Shown here: one piece after another, positions 24,200-37,751 of the stretch
Position numbering within the stretch: position 1 is the stretch's first letter
How the letters are laid out: each line of letters starts with the position of its first letter
DNA from: Psilocybe cubensis
Taxonomy: Eukaryota
DNA: 64,000 bases
Reading direction: 5' to 3'
Assembly (NCBI GenBank): GCA_017499595.2
Contig: CM039007.1
Location: 2,170,001-2,234,000 of the forward strand
Notes under the pieces: generated by a model
What the model was told of the DNA's origin: nothing
Seen by the model: only the letters and a program-made list of their open reading frames with translations
Database searches by the model: none
Position numbers and translations under genes: made by a program

Positions 24200-25380
24200 T
24201 ATATTCTTCGTTTTGCTTCGCTTCGTTTTGCTTTGCTTGGCGAGGTGAGGTGAGGTGATTGAGTCAGATGAGGTAAGCCCCGTCCCCCCGCCCCACCCAA
24301 GAGACACGGAACGGGGACACTAGTCACTAGCGCGCCCTATGATGAGAAGAGAGTAATTTTTTACGTCCGAGTTCAATAAACAAAAATAAACGAGTAAGAA
24401 CGAAAATGAGAAAAAGGTAGTGAGACGAAAAGAGAATAACGATAACGATAACGATTACGCTAGTTATACACCAAAAAAGTCACCCGAGTCAGGAGTCAGG
24501 AGTCAAGACGAGGGTGGGAAAAGTTGAAGGAAGTAACGAGGATGGAAGGGATGGACCTATACGGCGGAAGGCGGAATGTGCAGCAGCAGTAGCAGTAGGG
24601 ATAGTACTTATAGTACGTGTACATATATAAATACATACATATATACCGGTGACTAGAGACTAAAGAACTAAAGAACTAAAGATACATACATACGCGCACA
24701 CGCAGCGAGCAGTGCTGGCTAGATAGACAGTACACACAAGCACAAGTGTCAAGCAGACAGAGTTCGTCCCGTCGTTAGTGAGTTTGGGTCTGGGTCTGGG
24801 TCGCGGTCGCGGTCGCAGTCCAACGCAGGGAACATGAAGACGCAACGCAGCTTGATCTTGGTCCGGGGGTAGGGGGGGTCAGGACAAGGAGGATACAATT
24901 AATCAAGGAACCGCGTGTGCGTGGCGGCGCGTGGCGGTATGGGAAGATAAAAGGCAGAATTGTAAAAACCAAAAACCGAAACGGAAACCAAAACTGAAAA
25001 TGAAGTGGAAGTGGGAAGGGCAAAGATTAAGATGAAAACAAAGGCAAAGGCAAAGGCGAAGAGACAGACGAAGACAAACCAACGAAAGCAGCGGGCAATA
25101 AAGATACTATAGATGGGGACCATCAGATCAACGAAAGCGAGCGGAGATGAGGGAGAGGGAGAGAGTGGGGGATGAGGTGGGGAAGGGGAGGAGGGTAAGA
25201 AGGGAAAGGGAAAGAGGAAAGAGGAGGGAAGAAGAGGCACGGCCGTGGTATACAAAAGTCAAAAAAAGCATTCAAGATTTCATCAATACATCATCATCAA
25301 ATCCAATCCAATCCAGTTCATTTCATTTCAATCCAACAACACACCACCCATTCCATTCCATTAACCCAACTTAATCCCCC
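24200..25380. repeat. Low-complexity, microsatellite-rich tract (probable long 3' region of the SAP-domain gene)
   Basis: Short arrays: (GAGGT)n ~24242, (GATAAC)n ~24435, (AGGAGTC)n ~24490, (ACTAAAGA)n ~24660, (GGTCTG/GGTCGC)n ~24787, (AAAGGC)n ~25040, (ATCCA)n ~25300. Confidence 0.7.
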
Positions 25381-26767
25381 TCAATCAACCTCGTTCTCCT
25401 CCTCCTCGCGGTCCATGAGCACCCCGCGCACGGGCGTCGCCTCGCGCTGCCTCTGCTCAATCGCCAGCCGCTGCTGCTGCCGCTGCGCGCCGTCCAGTGC
25501 AACCTTCGGCGCACCAGCGATCGCCTCGGAGAACGCGAACGCGAGCCCGACGGAGGCGCTGACGAGGCGCCATTGCTTGCCGAGGACGTCGAGGCCTACG
25601 ACGCCTGCGCGGGCGGCGATGGTCGGGTACGGGTACGCGGTCTGCAGCGCGACGCGGATGATGCCTGCTGTGAGCGGGTCGAGCGGGAGCGCGGGGGGTG
25701 TGGGTTTATTGTTGGGGCTTAGACTCAGGTGGGATGGAGAGGAGGAGCGGGAGGGGGAAGGGGAGGTGGTAGGGTTGAAGGAGATGATGTACCCTGCGAG
25801 GGTGGGCACGATGAGGGTGGGCAGGGCCCAGTGGAGGAGGACGAGCCAGAATGCGGATGTTTGGAATACGGAGAGAGGGGGGTAGAAGACGGTGAGTGTG
25901 GGCCCCGTGCCTGCGACGGGCACGACGGGGACCTGGGGCGCTGTGGGTTAAATGGGTGTGTGGTGAGGTGAGGCTGTGAATGGACGTACAGATATGGACT
26001 TCCACGGGATGATGGTGGAGATGATGTAGAGCAGCTCGAAGACGGCGGTGAGGGACCAGATGTTCCGCGAGTTTGAGAGGAACTGGTGGATTGGTGAGTT
26101 GGTTGGTGATAAGGATGTGTGGGGGTACTCACGAGGCGGAGAGAGGTGATCATCTCGTAGCCGTTTTGGAGGGCCTCTTCTTGCTTTGTCTCGAGGGTCG
26201 CCTTGACCTCTGAGGCCTTGGGGAGACGCTCGATGATACTCTTTGCGGGGCTCGGTGGGAGCGGGGGCAGACTGCTGGGAGTGGTGAGGTCGATCTGGCG
26301 AGGCGACTTGGCTGGGGTTGTCTCTGCTGGGGAGAAGGGGTGCTTGAGGAAGGTGGAGACATCGCGGAGGTCCTTTGGCGGGGTGGCCTCCTTGATCGGA
26401 TCAAGAGGCAGCACGCGACTGGCGCGTCCGAGAGATGAGCGTGGTTTCTCGATCGTGTCTGGGGTTGAAGATGATGGTGCAAAGCGTCCGCTGGAGATAG
26501 ATAGTGAGAATCAGATAAGATTAGGAGAATAGGGGCGTACCTTTGGGGAATAGGCTGCGGCTGGAGACTGCGCTTCCGGCGGCCAAAGAGGCCAGCAAAG
26601 GTAGGGTCATCCTCGAGCGCGTCCTGGTTGGAGTCGAGGTGCTTCTTGATTCTGGCCTGGAGCTCGTCCTTTGTGCCCTGGTCGCTGAGACGGAGGGCGA
26701 CGGCGATTTCCTGGAGCTCAGACTTTTTCTTGGGCTGGAGGGCGCCCGTGTATGCTGTGGGGGCCAT
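25381..26767 (-). CDS. SAP-like domain protein with Pro/Ser-rich linker and C-terminal TM segments, multi-exon
   Basis: N-terminus '[44 protein letters not shown]' has SAP helix-extended-helix spacing. Hydrophobic C-terminal exons ('[25 protein letters not shown]', '[11 protein letters not shown]'). Three GT-AG introns. Confidence 0.7.
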
Positions 26768-27036
26768 GGCGGGGGAGGAGGAGGACAAGAACAAGGTGCG
26801 ACAGTAAACAAAGTCCCGCCCCACGTGCACAGTGTTGACGTGTATTTACGCGAAGAGACACGTGATGAGAGGCTATTTTTGTCTGTGGCGTACCACTGCA
26901 GCGGGTCCATCAGCATAATCCCCTTGGATACACTCCATCTGCCATTTGTATCTTTAAAAAGAGAGCACACGCCTAGAGCTCTCATCACCCACTCCTTTCA
27001 TTACTTTCTCTCGTTCTTGGGCAGGCCCTCTTCGTC

Positions 27037-27703
27037 ATGTACTCTCCTCTCTATCTTTTCGCTTTCCTTGGTCTCTTTGCTTGCCAGGGTCTGTATCTAT
27101 TGTTCTTCAGAGATGCCCCCTACTCACCCTCCCAGCAGCGCTCGCTCGATTCAATGTCACCTTTGGAAACGGAATCCTTACGACAGACCAGATGCTCAAC
27201 ATCCCAGACAGTGCCGTCAAGACTGCAGTACGTTGGTCCATTTTCCACCCGATCACATGCTTATCGCGCCCTTAGTGTGCCGCCACATGCACAACTGCCA
27301 ACACCACCCTCCTAGCCTGCGACGACGACATCTCTTGCCTCTGTAGCAATGCTACCGTCAACGCTTTCGTTGGCTGCGAGAGCTGTATGCTCAACTACCT
27401 TATCGCTGTCAACAAGCCCGCACCCGTCCCCCTCGCCGGTTCAAACCCCCTCGTCACCGGTGCGTCTGCAATATACCCCAAACTTGACCCTCCGTTCTGA
27501 TCTTTTATCCTCAAGCCTATGCCGCACAGTGCAAAAGCGATGGAAATATTATCCTCGCCGCAAACCAGAGCGCCCTGTCTCTCCCAGACACTTGGGATGG
27601 GCCTTTCGTCGCAGTGCTGCCTACAGGTGGTGCAGCAGTAACAGTCATTGTAGGAGCCGTGTTGGGTCTCTCTGCGCTCTTGATCTTGTCAAACCTCGAG
27701 TAG
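27037..27703 (+). CDS. Small secreted 8-Cys (CFEM-like) protein with C-terminal TM/GPI-like anchor, 4 exons
   Basis: Signal peptide MYSPLYLFAFLGLFA. Spliced product contains 'CAATCTTANTTLLACDDDISCLCSNATVNAFVGCESCMLN..AYAAQC' and ends 'AAVTVIVGAVLGLSALLILSNLE*'. The ORF track misses it because of introns. Confidence 0.7.
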
Positions 27704-27854
27704 TAGATATTCTAGTACATACGTTACGGTAGAGAGATATGGAATAATTTATGTGGGGCATGTTCCCACGTGAGCATGATTCAAAGTCCGCATCTACTAG
27801 GTGGCAAAATAAATCTTTCAACTTGCATCTCAACAGTTTCCTCCTCCTCCAACC

Positions 27855-30800
27855 ATGTCCCAGTACAAATCTGCAATTCGTTCCCAACCACAATCAGACT
27901 CTGCTCCTACTTCAAAGTACAGAGAGCAGGCTCGGCAGCTCCAGGAAGCCTTTCCTCGCTGGACCAATGAAGGTAACACCTCTTTTTTTACCATCCAATC
28001 CATCCAAACTCTAGCGCTCATCACTACCATCCAGACCTCCAGCTTCTTCTAGCTGAAGTCAACGGAGACATCCAACTAGCAGCGACCAAACTCACAGATG
28101 GTCCGTTCTCTTTCATTCATTCATTCATGCATGCTCGCTCATCATCATTCAGGCACTGTCGAGCAATGGGACGAAGTATCGCGCAAAAAGGACAAGAAGG
28201 CATCCGCCACCTCTGCCCACCCTTCAAAGTCGGCCGCGGGGGGCACTGCCAGGGGCGACGCGCGTGGAGGACGGGGCGGACGAGGCGGGCGGGGCGGTGC
28301 TGCTGGACGCGGTGGTGCCGCAACACGCGGTCGCGGCGGTCCCCCCAGGGGCGCTCCCCAGGCCAACGGCCATGCGGCCCATCATGCGCCTGCACCTACC
28401 AACGGTGTTGCTTCGACCTCGGCTGCTCCTGCGCCTGCCCATGATGACTCGGCCAAACACGAGGCTCCGGCCGCTCATGACCAGCAACAGCAGAATGGCG
28501 CTGCTTGGCCAGAGCCTGCTGCTCCTCAGACAGAGTCGACTTGGGCTGCACCTGCGACTGCTTCCAAGGATCTGAATGGCTCCGCCCATACACCAACTCC
28601 TACTACTACTTCCACCACTGCCGCTTCCAAGCTGGCTGCCAAATCCCCCGCTACCTCGAAGCTATCTTGGGCACAAATTGCTCGGTATGTAGTCACAGCC
28701 TTCTTTTTTGTATGTTATTTTTAAGTGTATGTTCTACTCTAGGCCTCAAGAGAAGCCAGCTGTAGTTGCTCCCCCTCGTCCTCCCCAACAACAACCCACC
28801 CAGGCTCCTCCCGCACCACCTTCCATTCCTCCGCCTGAACCCGCAGCACAGGAGCCTGAAGCCCCTTCAGAGTCACATGAGCATGGATGGGAGGAGCCAA
28901 CGACTGTCGAAGCGCCTACATGGGACGATGATCCCCAAGCGAGTCAGCCGGTGGCCGCCGAGCCCTGGCCTCCATCATCAACGGAAACAGCGGCGGAGCC
29001 TGCCAAAGTCGAAGCATCCCCCGCACCAGCTGCGCCAGCTGTCATACAGCCCGAAGTCAAGCCAGAGCCCGAGGAAGCGTCTGTTCCTGAGCCTGCTGTC
29101 CCAGAACAGCAGCCCAAAGTGGAAACCGCCAAGACTATCTCGCCCCCTGTGGCCGCTGCTGTTGCTGTTTCGCCAGCAGTCGTCGCTCCTGCTACACCTG
29201 CGTTGTCGGCTCAGCCCACCGCGACCCCATCGCCGAAGCTTACGACACGACCTGCAGTGCAGTCACACAGAAGCAGTGCACGCTACAAGGTTACGGATCA
29301 GCCGGTGACGATGCCTATTTCGTTTGGCTCCGGACTTGAGAAAGTGGGTATGCAGTTTGGAAGTTTGAGTTTGGCGGGTGATGGTTCGGTCACTGTCTTG
29401 TGCGTATATTTTTTTTTTCTTTTGTATTTGCGGGTGAATTTCTTATGTGTTTTGTTAGGCCCGAGCCTGAAGCGCCTGCTGCTCCTTCGGAACCTGCTTC
29501 ACCTCCTGTTGCCCAAGTCAAGGCTCAGGAACCAACTCCTGCGCCTGCCGCCCCCCCAGCTACCGCACCCGCTGCATCGACCTCGCTCACCTCGGTGTTC
29601 CAGCAACAACAGCAACAACCCCAACAACAAACACTCGCCCCTCCTCAGACATCAGTTACCCATCACACCATCCCCACGTCCATCTCTCAACCCACGCCAC
29701 CTACTCAAAATGCTACAGCGCACACGGCTGCTGTGAACTCGCCACTGCAGCCGTTTGCCCAGCAGCAAAATTCTACTACCACTTCTCAGCAATCGCTCAG
29801 CAGCAACAACAATAACACCGCCCCTGCTAGCACCACCCATCAGACTCCACAACAGCATCAGCAACCGCCTAATCTCCATCAACAACCTCAGCATCAGCCA
29901 CAGCAACAACAGCACATCCAACAGCATCTGCCGCAACAGTTGCAGCAGAACCATACCGCGCATCAACAGCAGCAGCAGCATTCGTACGCCCAGCATGGGC
30001 TGCCTACGCATCTTGACCCTGCGACTCAGCAGCAGCAGGTTCAGGCGCCGGTGCAGCAGCAGCAGCAGCAACAGCCGCTGCAGGCTGCTGCACACTCGAG
30101 TTATTATAGGGGCGCGGAGGGTGCGGCGTCTTCGCCGTATGGGTTCCATGCGCCCACGCCCCCCGCTGCGCAGGCTCAGGCGAATTCGTATGGTTCGTTT
30201 GGGCAGCTTGGTGCCCAGGCACAGCATCAGCAGGGATCTCACCTTGGTGGGTTCGCGTCTTCTGATTATGGATATCCCGAGAATTCGAGGGTAAGTTTTT
30301 TTTCTCTTTGGTTTGTATGGGTTTGAATGTATGGTGTTAGGCTTTCTATGAGACGTATGCCCAGCAGACTGGATTTGGCGGGAGGAACCCGTTGGTCCAT
30401 GATGATGTCAAGGGTATCCCTGGATCGCAGCAGCCTACTGATCTTTCTATCCCTCCTACTACTGGACAGGCTCCTCAGCAACATGCATCGCAGCCTACGA
30501 ACCAGCCGCAATCCGCTACCGGCCAAGGCCCTCAGCAGTCATACCCTCCTCCCGTTCCTTACTACTACACCCACGCGTACCCGCAGAACCAGTACTACGG
30601 CACGCCGTACAGCTCTGGATACGTCCCTCAGCCATTCGTCAAGTACCCGACGATGTTCCAGCCTGGCCCGCCTGGCCCTGGATCGGCCGCTAACCCGTCC
30701 GCGAAGCAGCCTGCGGGCAATGTAGGTGTTGGCGTACAGCCGCAGACGAACCCGTATAACCCGGGCTTGTACCAGCAGGGCTACGACGACTACCAGACGC

Positions 30801-31369
30801 ACGCGCATCACTCGCAGCACCAGCACTCGCACAGTCTTGGACTGTCCCAGGGCGGTGTGGGTGTGGGTGTGGGCTCTGGGGAGTATGGGAAGCAGTTGTA
30901 TGGAGGTGCGAATCAGGGGGGTATGCAGGCGTTTATGGGGCTCGGTGGGCAGTCGGGTGCTGGAGGTGCTGGAGGGCCAGCGGCGAATGCGGGACCGAGG
31001 AGTGCGGCGTCGCCTGAGGCGGCGTACAAGCCGTATGCGAGCAAGGATGTCGCGTCGGGTCCCAATAGGGGTGCGCCTGGGGTGCAGCAAGGTGGGCAGG
31101 GGGGTCAGGGTCAGCCGCAGGGCCAGGGACAGGGTCCGGCGCAGGGAGGAGGAGGTGGTGGGCCGCAGGGACAGGGGTTCTATGGTGGGAATAGGTTTGG
31201 GAGCGGTGTGGGTGTTGGAGGTGCTGGGTCTGGTGTGGGCGGTGTGGGTGGACCGCAGCAAGGTGGACATCATCAGCAGCAGGGCGGTCCACATCTTGGG
31301 TACCCGCAAGCTGGGAATGAGCCGAATTTTTATGGGTATCAGCCTAGGCAGCAGGGGTATTGGCAGTAG
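27855..31369 (+). CDS. DEF1: RNA polymerase II degradation factor Def1-like (N-terminal CUE domain, RGG box, Q/P/G-rich low-complexity tail)
   Basis: 'QLQEAFPRWTNE.DLQLLLAEVNGDIQLAATKLTD.GTVEQWDEVSRKKDK' is a Def1/UBAP2-type CUE/UBA. Also RGG repeats, 'LSWAQIAR', 'EKVGMQFGSLSL', polyQ and a Y/G-rich C-terminus. Confidence 0.75.
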
Positions 31370-31926
31370 ATGAGATCAGATCAGAGGCTGGGTTTGAGGA
31401 TGCTGTGGAGTGTCCGTTGTATTTTACTTTAGGTTTTTTCTTTTTTTTCTCTCTTTTTTTTTCACTCGTACTTGCGTCGCTTTTTTTTCTCTTTCTTTCT
31501 TGGTCCGCTTGCAACACCTCACGCTGTTTTTTCTCTCCGTTCTCTCAGTCTGTTACTGTCGGTTGACCTCTCCACTCACACTCAACACACACATGCACAT
31601 ACTTGTTGTTTCATGCCCACCACCACCCCGCACCCCCTCACGCGCACGCTTCATCCATTGATTCATTTCTAATATCGTACAATCGAATACATGTTCTCGT
31701 ATCTCAGACTTCTCTACTTTTCTTTCTGTATGTGTATACCGCAATGCAATCCTTGAGGCTTTCCACATTGATACGTTCTCATCTCTATACGTACCATGGT
31801 TTGATTTTGGGATGTTGTGATTGAGTGTCGTAATCTAATCTAATCCATTCTATCTTCCGATTTCGTGGGTTGCCCTGCCTCAGGCCTGCCCTTTTTGCTT
31901 TGCTTTGCTTTTGCTTTGTTGCTTCC

Positions 31927-32764
31927 ATGCCACCATCCGTCACTGTTCGTCGGTCTATCCGGTGGTTGCCTGACGAGGCGTCCGAGCCGACGCATACGGT
32001 CGTTATCACTGGCCACTCGGGTATCTTTGTGGATGTGAGGTTTAAGAAGGGGACGGGTGAGGTCGATTGGGGGTTTGCGGGCTATCGATATCAGCGTGTG
32101 TATTTCTTTATTTTTTTTCTTTGTCTTGTCGGCTCCGCCTCCTCTTCCCTTTTGTTTTTCCAAGTTAGATATTGGGTTGGGTTTTTGATGCCTTGAAATT
32201 GATACTTGTTGTGTTTAGTTTCGGAGGATACGGTGCAGTTTAAACATCATATTGATTCGAGGACGCTCGTGAGTCGTTTTGAGTCCTTTTCTTTATAGTT
32301 TTTGTTTACTCAGGTATTTGTTGCTACTTTACACTGTACAGGACCCGCTGTCCGTCGTAGATATAGGCAAAAACAGCACGCTACCTAATGGACAGACTCT
32401 AGAGTGTGGGGAGATGGTCAACCCTGATACTGGGAAGATGACGCGATACGAGGAAATTTGGGAGGATCTTGCCCTTCCTGTTGATTCAGATTTCGCTGAT
32501 TCGGAATTACCTGAAGGCGCAGAGTCGGAGGTGGAGGTGGAGGTGGTTAGAAAGAGTGAGCAAGAGGATGGGCCGGGGTGTTGGTGGTATGCTCAGGTGG
32601 GAGGGTGGAGCGTTGGGTTGGGTAGAGGGCTGGATGGAGAGTTTTGGGCATTTCAGGCGAGGTTGGTGGTAGTAGGGGATGAAGATGAAGGGGGCCTAGT
32701 GAAGAAGTGGGAGAAGGTGTATGCTACTTCTAATTGTCCTGAAACTGGACCATGGTTAGAGTAG
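31927..32764 (+). CDS. HRI1: Protein HRI1, multi-exon
   Basis: 'TVRRSIRWLPDEASEPTHTVVIT..IFVDVRF..DWGFAG', 'FKHHIDSR' and 'LPNGQTLECGEMVNPDTGKMTRYEEIWED' match the fungal HRI1 family. Confidence 0.85.
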
Positions 32765-33109
32765 AATTGCATAGAGGGAATCATCATTCGAGCGTTCGAA
32801 AAGTGTGCAACCTTTGAGGTGATTGTAAGTACCGCACCGCGATGACCGCCCCGGTCCGCGATCTTGATGGTGGGTATCTGCTTCCGAGCCCCTGTCCTAT
32901 GCTGCAACTGTCGACTTGCCTTTGCATTTGCTTTTCCGGCGCTGTTCGTTCGAGTATCTTGTCCCGTAAAGTAAGTCTCTACCTCACACCTACTACCCTG
33001 GGCTCTTATGCTAGTACTGAGCGCGAGCTGATCTATGCTGCTCTATGACTGGTAGTTAGCTAGGGAGACACTCTCCAACGAGTGATATTGAGATTTCAGA
33101 TTCAGTAAC

Positions 33110-35223
33110 ATGACAGGTTTGGGTTTGACCGTTACGGAGGAGGTAAAGCGGAGAGTCGGGCAGGTAAGCTAGTCTCTTTTTTGATCCTGATCGCAAATTC
33201 CAATCAACTCATTTTTGAACACGAACACGACGACTCGCATTGAACGGTTCGTGCGAGTGTAGCACTTTGTGCTGGGCTTTCATGGATACGATGTCAGCGA
33301 TGATATCAAGACGCTGATTCAGAAGTATTATATCGGGAATGTGATTCTTATGAAGCGGAATGTGCAAAGTGGGTTATGTTTTTTTTTTTTTTTTTTGCTT
33401 TTTCTTTCTTTCTTTCTGTTTCTCGTCGTGCGTCGGCGGTGCTCAGGTTAGCTGTGTATGACATGTCATGGTAACATTGAATTTATAGGTGCGGCGCAGA
33501 CGAAGAGACTCGTGGATGCGCTGCAGACTTTGGCGAGAGAGGCGGGGCAGGAACAACCGATGATGATTGGGATCGACCAGGAGAATGGTGCGTTCTGCTA
33601 CAGTCGGCGTGATACTATTGTTACGCTTACTTACATACGACCTTAGGACTCGTGTCGGCGTTCAGCTCACCCACCGCTGGGACTACGTTGTACGTGCATT
33701 CCACAAAAAGCTGTTTGGAGATGCGCGTTTGGTGATGTCTGATGTGTGTTGTGATTAATTAATTAGCCCTGGGGCGATGGCGCTTGGTGCGACGGGCTCT
33801 GTTGAGCTTGCGGAGAGCATTGCAAAGGCGTCAGCGGATGAATTGAGTATGGTTGGGATTAATTGGGTGTATGGGCCCGTGGCGGATGTAAACACGGATT
33901 CGAGGAACCCGGTTATTGGTGTGTTATAGTCTTCTCTTCGGGTGAACTGAAAACTGACCTGCAATTTGTTAGGTGTGCGCTCGTTTGGAGATGGTGTGTA
34001 TTATCTTTTGTGGTTGATAAAAATCTTATGCATATTGTACAGATCCGGAGAAAGTGGCAAAGTATGTGGTGGCGACTGCGCGCGGGCATGCGGCGGGCGG
34101 CGTCGCGTCGTGCGGGAAGCATTTCCCAGGACACGGGGACACGCACGTCGACTCGCACCTCGCGTTGCCCGTGATCCGCAAAACGCACGCCGAACTCGCA
34201 GCACAGGAGCTCGTCCCGTTCCGCGCACTCGTCGACGCGCGCGTGCCGAGCATTATGACGGGGCATATGGCGCTGCCGCTGGTGACGGGGGACGAGAGCC
34301 CGGCGTCGTTGGCGGGAGAGGTGACGCGGGGGTTGTTGAGGGGGGAGATGGGGTACGAGGGCGTGGTTGTGACGGACTGTTTGGAGATGGATGCAGTGGC
34401 GGATGTGAAGCAGGGCGGGTGTGGGATTGAGGAGGGCGCGGTGAGGGCGTTGGAGGCGGGGGCGGATGTGGTGATGATTTGCCATACTTTTGCGAGGCAG
34501 GTTGGTGCGGTAAAGGAGGTGTATGAGGCGTTGTGGCAGGGAAGGATTACGTTGCAGGCGTTGGAGGAGAGCGAGGTGAGGGTACGAAAGATGAAGGAGG
34601 TGTTTGGGAAGCAGCAGAGTGATGAGGGAGATTGGGGGATGAAATTTATGGAGATGAAGATGCAGAATGAGGATGTTAGTCGCAAGGCATATTTGCAGAG
34701 CACGACGGTGGTGTGGAATGGCGCGGGGGTTATCCCGCTCAAAGTGGACACGGTTGTGCTGTTTACGCCTGAACCGGAGAGCGTGAATCGCGCGGTAGAC
34801 TCGGGAGACGGCGTGCTAAAGACCAGTGATGGCGTTGTGAGGAACACGGCTGCTCCGTACTACCTCTCGCTGGCAAAGTCGCTGGAGAAGAGTGTCAATG
34901 TGAGGCATGTTGTGTACGCTGCTGGGCAGGAGCCTGCTGCGGTGGGCAACGACGAGGGCGTAATTTTTGTGATGCGCAACGCGGATCTCAGGGCATGGCA
35001 GATTGAATACCTCGACAAGTTGGTGGAGAATATTCAAGTTCCTTTGGTGCTTCTGTCGAGCTGCGGGCCGTATGATCTGGGCCACGGCGCGGGGGAAAGG
35101 TTTGCAGACTGGACGGGGTATGTCGCCACATATGAGTTTACGGCAGAGGCGCTCGATGCGGCGGCGGGTGTTATTCTGGGCACGGACCATTGTCATGGGA
35201 AGCTGCCGGTGGTGGTTGGATAG
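33110..35223 (+). CDS. Glycoside hydrolase family 3 beta-N-acetylglucosaminidase (NagZ/Nag3 type), multi-exon
   Basis: 'GNVILMKRNV', 'IGIDQENG', 'PVADVNTDSRNPVIGVRSFG', NagZ signature 'KHFPGHGDTHVDSH' and nucleophile region 'VVTDCLEMDAV'. Several micro-exons at 33.1-34.0 kb. Confidence 0.92.
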
Positions 35224-37751
35224 TGTTTGTGGGGTTTATTCGTTGTTCTCGAGAATTTGAGAGTATCAAGATGTTCAATCCTCTTCCGCTCCGTTGATTT
35301 TTGTCGTCTCATGTCCCGTATGTTGTCAATTTTTTCTCTGAAGATCTGATGAACGATAAGAACTATTGCAGTGTGTGCAATTATGTGAGTCACTTGCACT
35401 TAGCGGTGACGTTATCGACGATCTATCATGCCCGGATTAGGAAGGTCATTTCCCTTGCAATTCCCGTTATGGTAATTAAATGAGTGGCCCCTTTCACTTC
35501 TATTCGACTGAAACATTCGTTCCTCCTATTATTTCTCACTGTCAGTCTCGCCCAGTGTATTCCATCACTTTATTTCCTCGCCAAGTTTCCGAATGGCCGA
35601 GGTGTCACTCAAGAAGCTCACCTCGAGGTGTGTGTACGCTTGCACACAACACGTGCAATAGAACAACGAAAACAAAACATAACAAACACCACACAACCCA
35701 TTCCCTCTATAAAAACCCCCCTTTCAATCTCCTAAATCCCCATCGCCTCTTGGTTCTCTACCACTACCATCTACCTTCAACCAAGGCGGTCAACATGCCA
35801 CCTCCTCACGGCATACTATTACTTATAACATCTCAACATCGCTCGGCGTCTAATACGTACACCGCCCTTCTACAGGCACACGATGACGATGGCGACACAA
35901 TTTGATACCCGCCATGCACAACCAGCATGGAGCGGGTGACTAGGTATCCTCTTCCATCTCTCAACCGTAATACCTGACCACACCGCTTGGTGTTGGCATA
36001 GAACAGGACACTTTGGGCCTCCCACCTTTTGTCGATGCACTCCCATCAATCCGCGGTCTGGCCTAACGACTACAAGGTAGCGCGAGGTAGACGTGTGATC
36101 TCCGCCGCGAGGCGTTGTACTCCGATGTCAGTTGTTCCGGGCAGTGAAGGGTAAATTGTTGCTTCACACGTCCATGATACATGCTCGGACGCAACGTTCT
36201 CAAGGAGGTCTGGACGGAACAGGTACTAGATTTCTCCTTTAGGCGCTCACCGGATGGGAGTTAGCTTAAAGGGGGGTCTAGGCGGAGCGGGCCTACTTGC
36301 GAAGGCGCTTAGACCGGCACCCGATGGGGTGCTCCTTCGTCAAGTTGCGGTCTGTCTTTTTCCGGAGGTGGCACAAAGACTAGTAAGACTCCCTAGCAGC
36401 GCGGAGTCCCTGCTAGCGAGGTACTTGAAAATCTTCTGTGACGTGCTTAAATGATTGGCGGTGCTCAGCATGGGTGGACTGCTCGAAGAGAGTATTGGTT
36501 GATGAGAGGTGAGTCCTCATCCTCCTCATCATCGAAGTTTGTTTTGATGCAATTGATTCAAGGTCGAGGGTATCTTGCAAGGCGCAACAATACCATACTG
36601 TTAACTATTTAATCATCGTGGGCTTATACCATTGTGTACTGATATTTTTCTTCCTTAGAGTTGTCGCCTACCTCCAAATGGCTCGAAGTCGCTCAAGATA
36701 TACATCATTTCCCACCAATCGTTATTTGTTGAGCGAGTTCTATGGCCCCGGAGCGCGACGTCCAGAACTGATAATTTTTATCTTCTTATTTGTGATGGTC
36801 ATTGCTGATCGACCTATTCATTTACTCCGACTCCCTATATATCGATTATCGATATGCATGAACTATTCAGAAATTGACATCGTGCTCCAATCATTTCCTT
36901 GCGGCGACATGGTATGTGCTCTATCTATTTAATCTTCTCTATCTAATGTGAACTTCGTTTAGTCTATGACGCAGTGCCCGACATCAGATCCATAATACGT
37001 TAAAGACCGCCTGTGTCATGGCTCGTGTCGAAATTCCAGATTCGAATGTTGTCTCGTGCGAGTGCGAACGTCGAGAACGGCATTAAAAAATAGCCGCACC
37101 CTCGAGTCAGATTCTTAGTGAGCTGAAGGGCCAATATGGTTTGTTTTCTTATACAAATGAATACGAACATTTATACTAATATAGATCTAGTGGATCGTAT
37201 AGATTACACGCACATACAATGGCCTCTTCTTGTGTTCTCAGTTTCATTTTTTCTGTTTTTTCTGTTTCTATGTTTGCTATTTCCTCATTCTGTACACGAT
37301 TCACTATTTTTCTGTTTCCTCTCATCTTATTCTAGTACTCACGTATACCAAAAAGCATCACATCCTTGTCACGTCTCTGAATCTTTCTCTTTGTCCCAAT
37401 TCGTTAAAACCATATGACATCAAAATACGTTGAACTAAATATATATATCCCGCGATATTTGTCATGCGGATACAAACCATTTATTATGTGATCGAACCAC
37501 AGTATCTGTGAAGCATTTCAATGATCCTATACTTGCTATTTTGATTTTCAACGCCTGTTGCGACCTTCAAACCGGCTGTACAAATTGATATCTGCGCCAG
37601 TCTTGGGTTTCAGCGTAGTATAGTTTGCGGCACTGAACCTATCATCTTATCTAATGAGTAATGTAGCACGTGGCGCTGTAACATACACAGCCTTAGTTAG
37701 TGTTTGTTGCCCACAACTCTCGTTCTCGTCTCTTTCTCTGTCAATCTCACC

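Noticed and set aside
28098..31373. Many long overlapping ORFs on both strands across DEF1
   Set aside because: Shadow frames of GC-rich, low-complexity Q/P/G coding sequence, with no independent domains.
33913..35196. Antisense ORFs of 190, 273 and 126 aa over the GH3 gene
   Set aside because: Explained by codon bias of the sense gene; no recognisable motifs.
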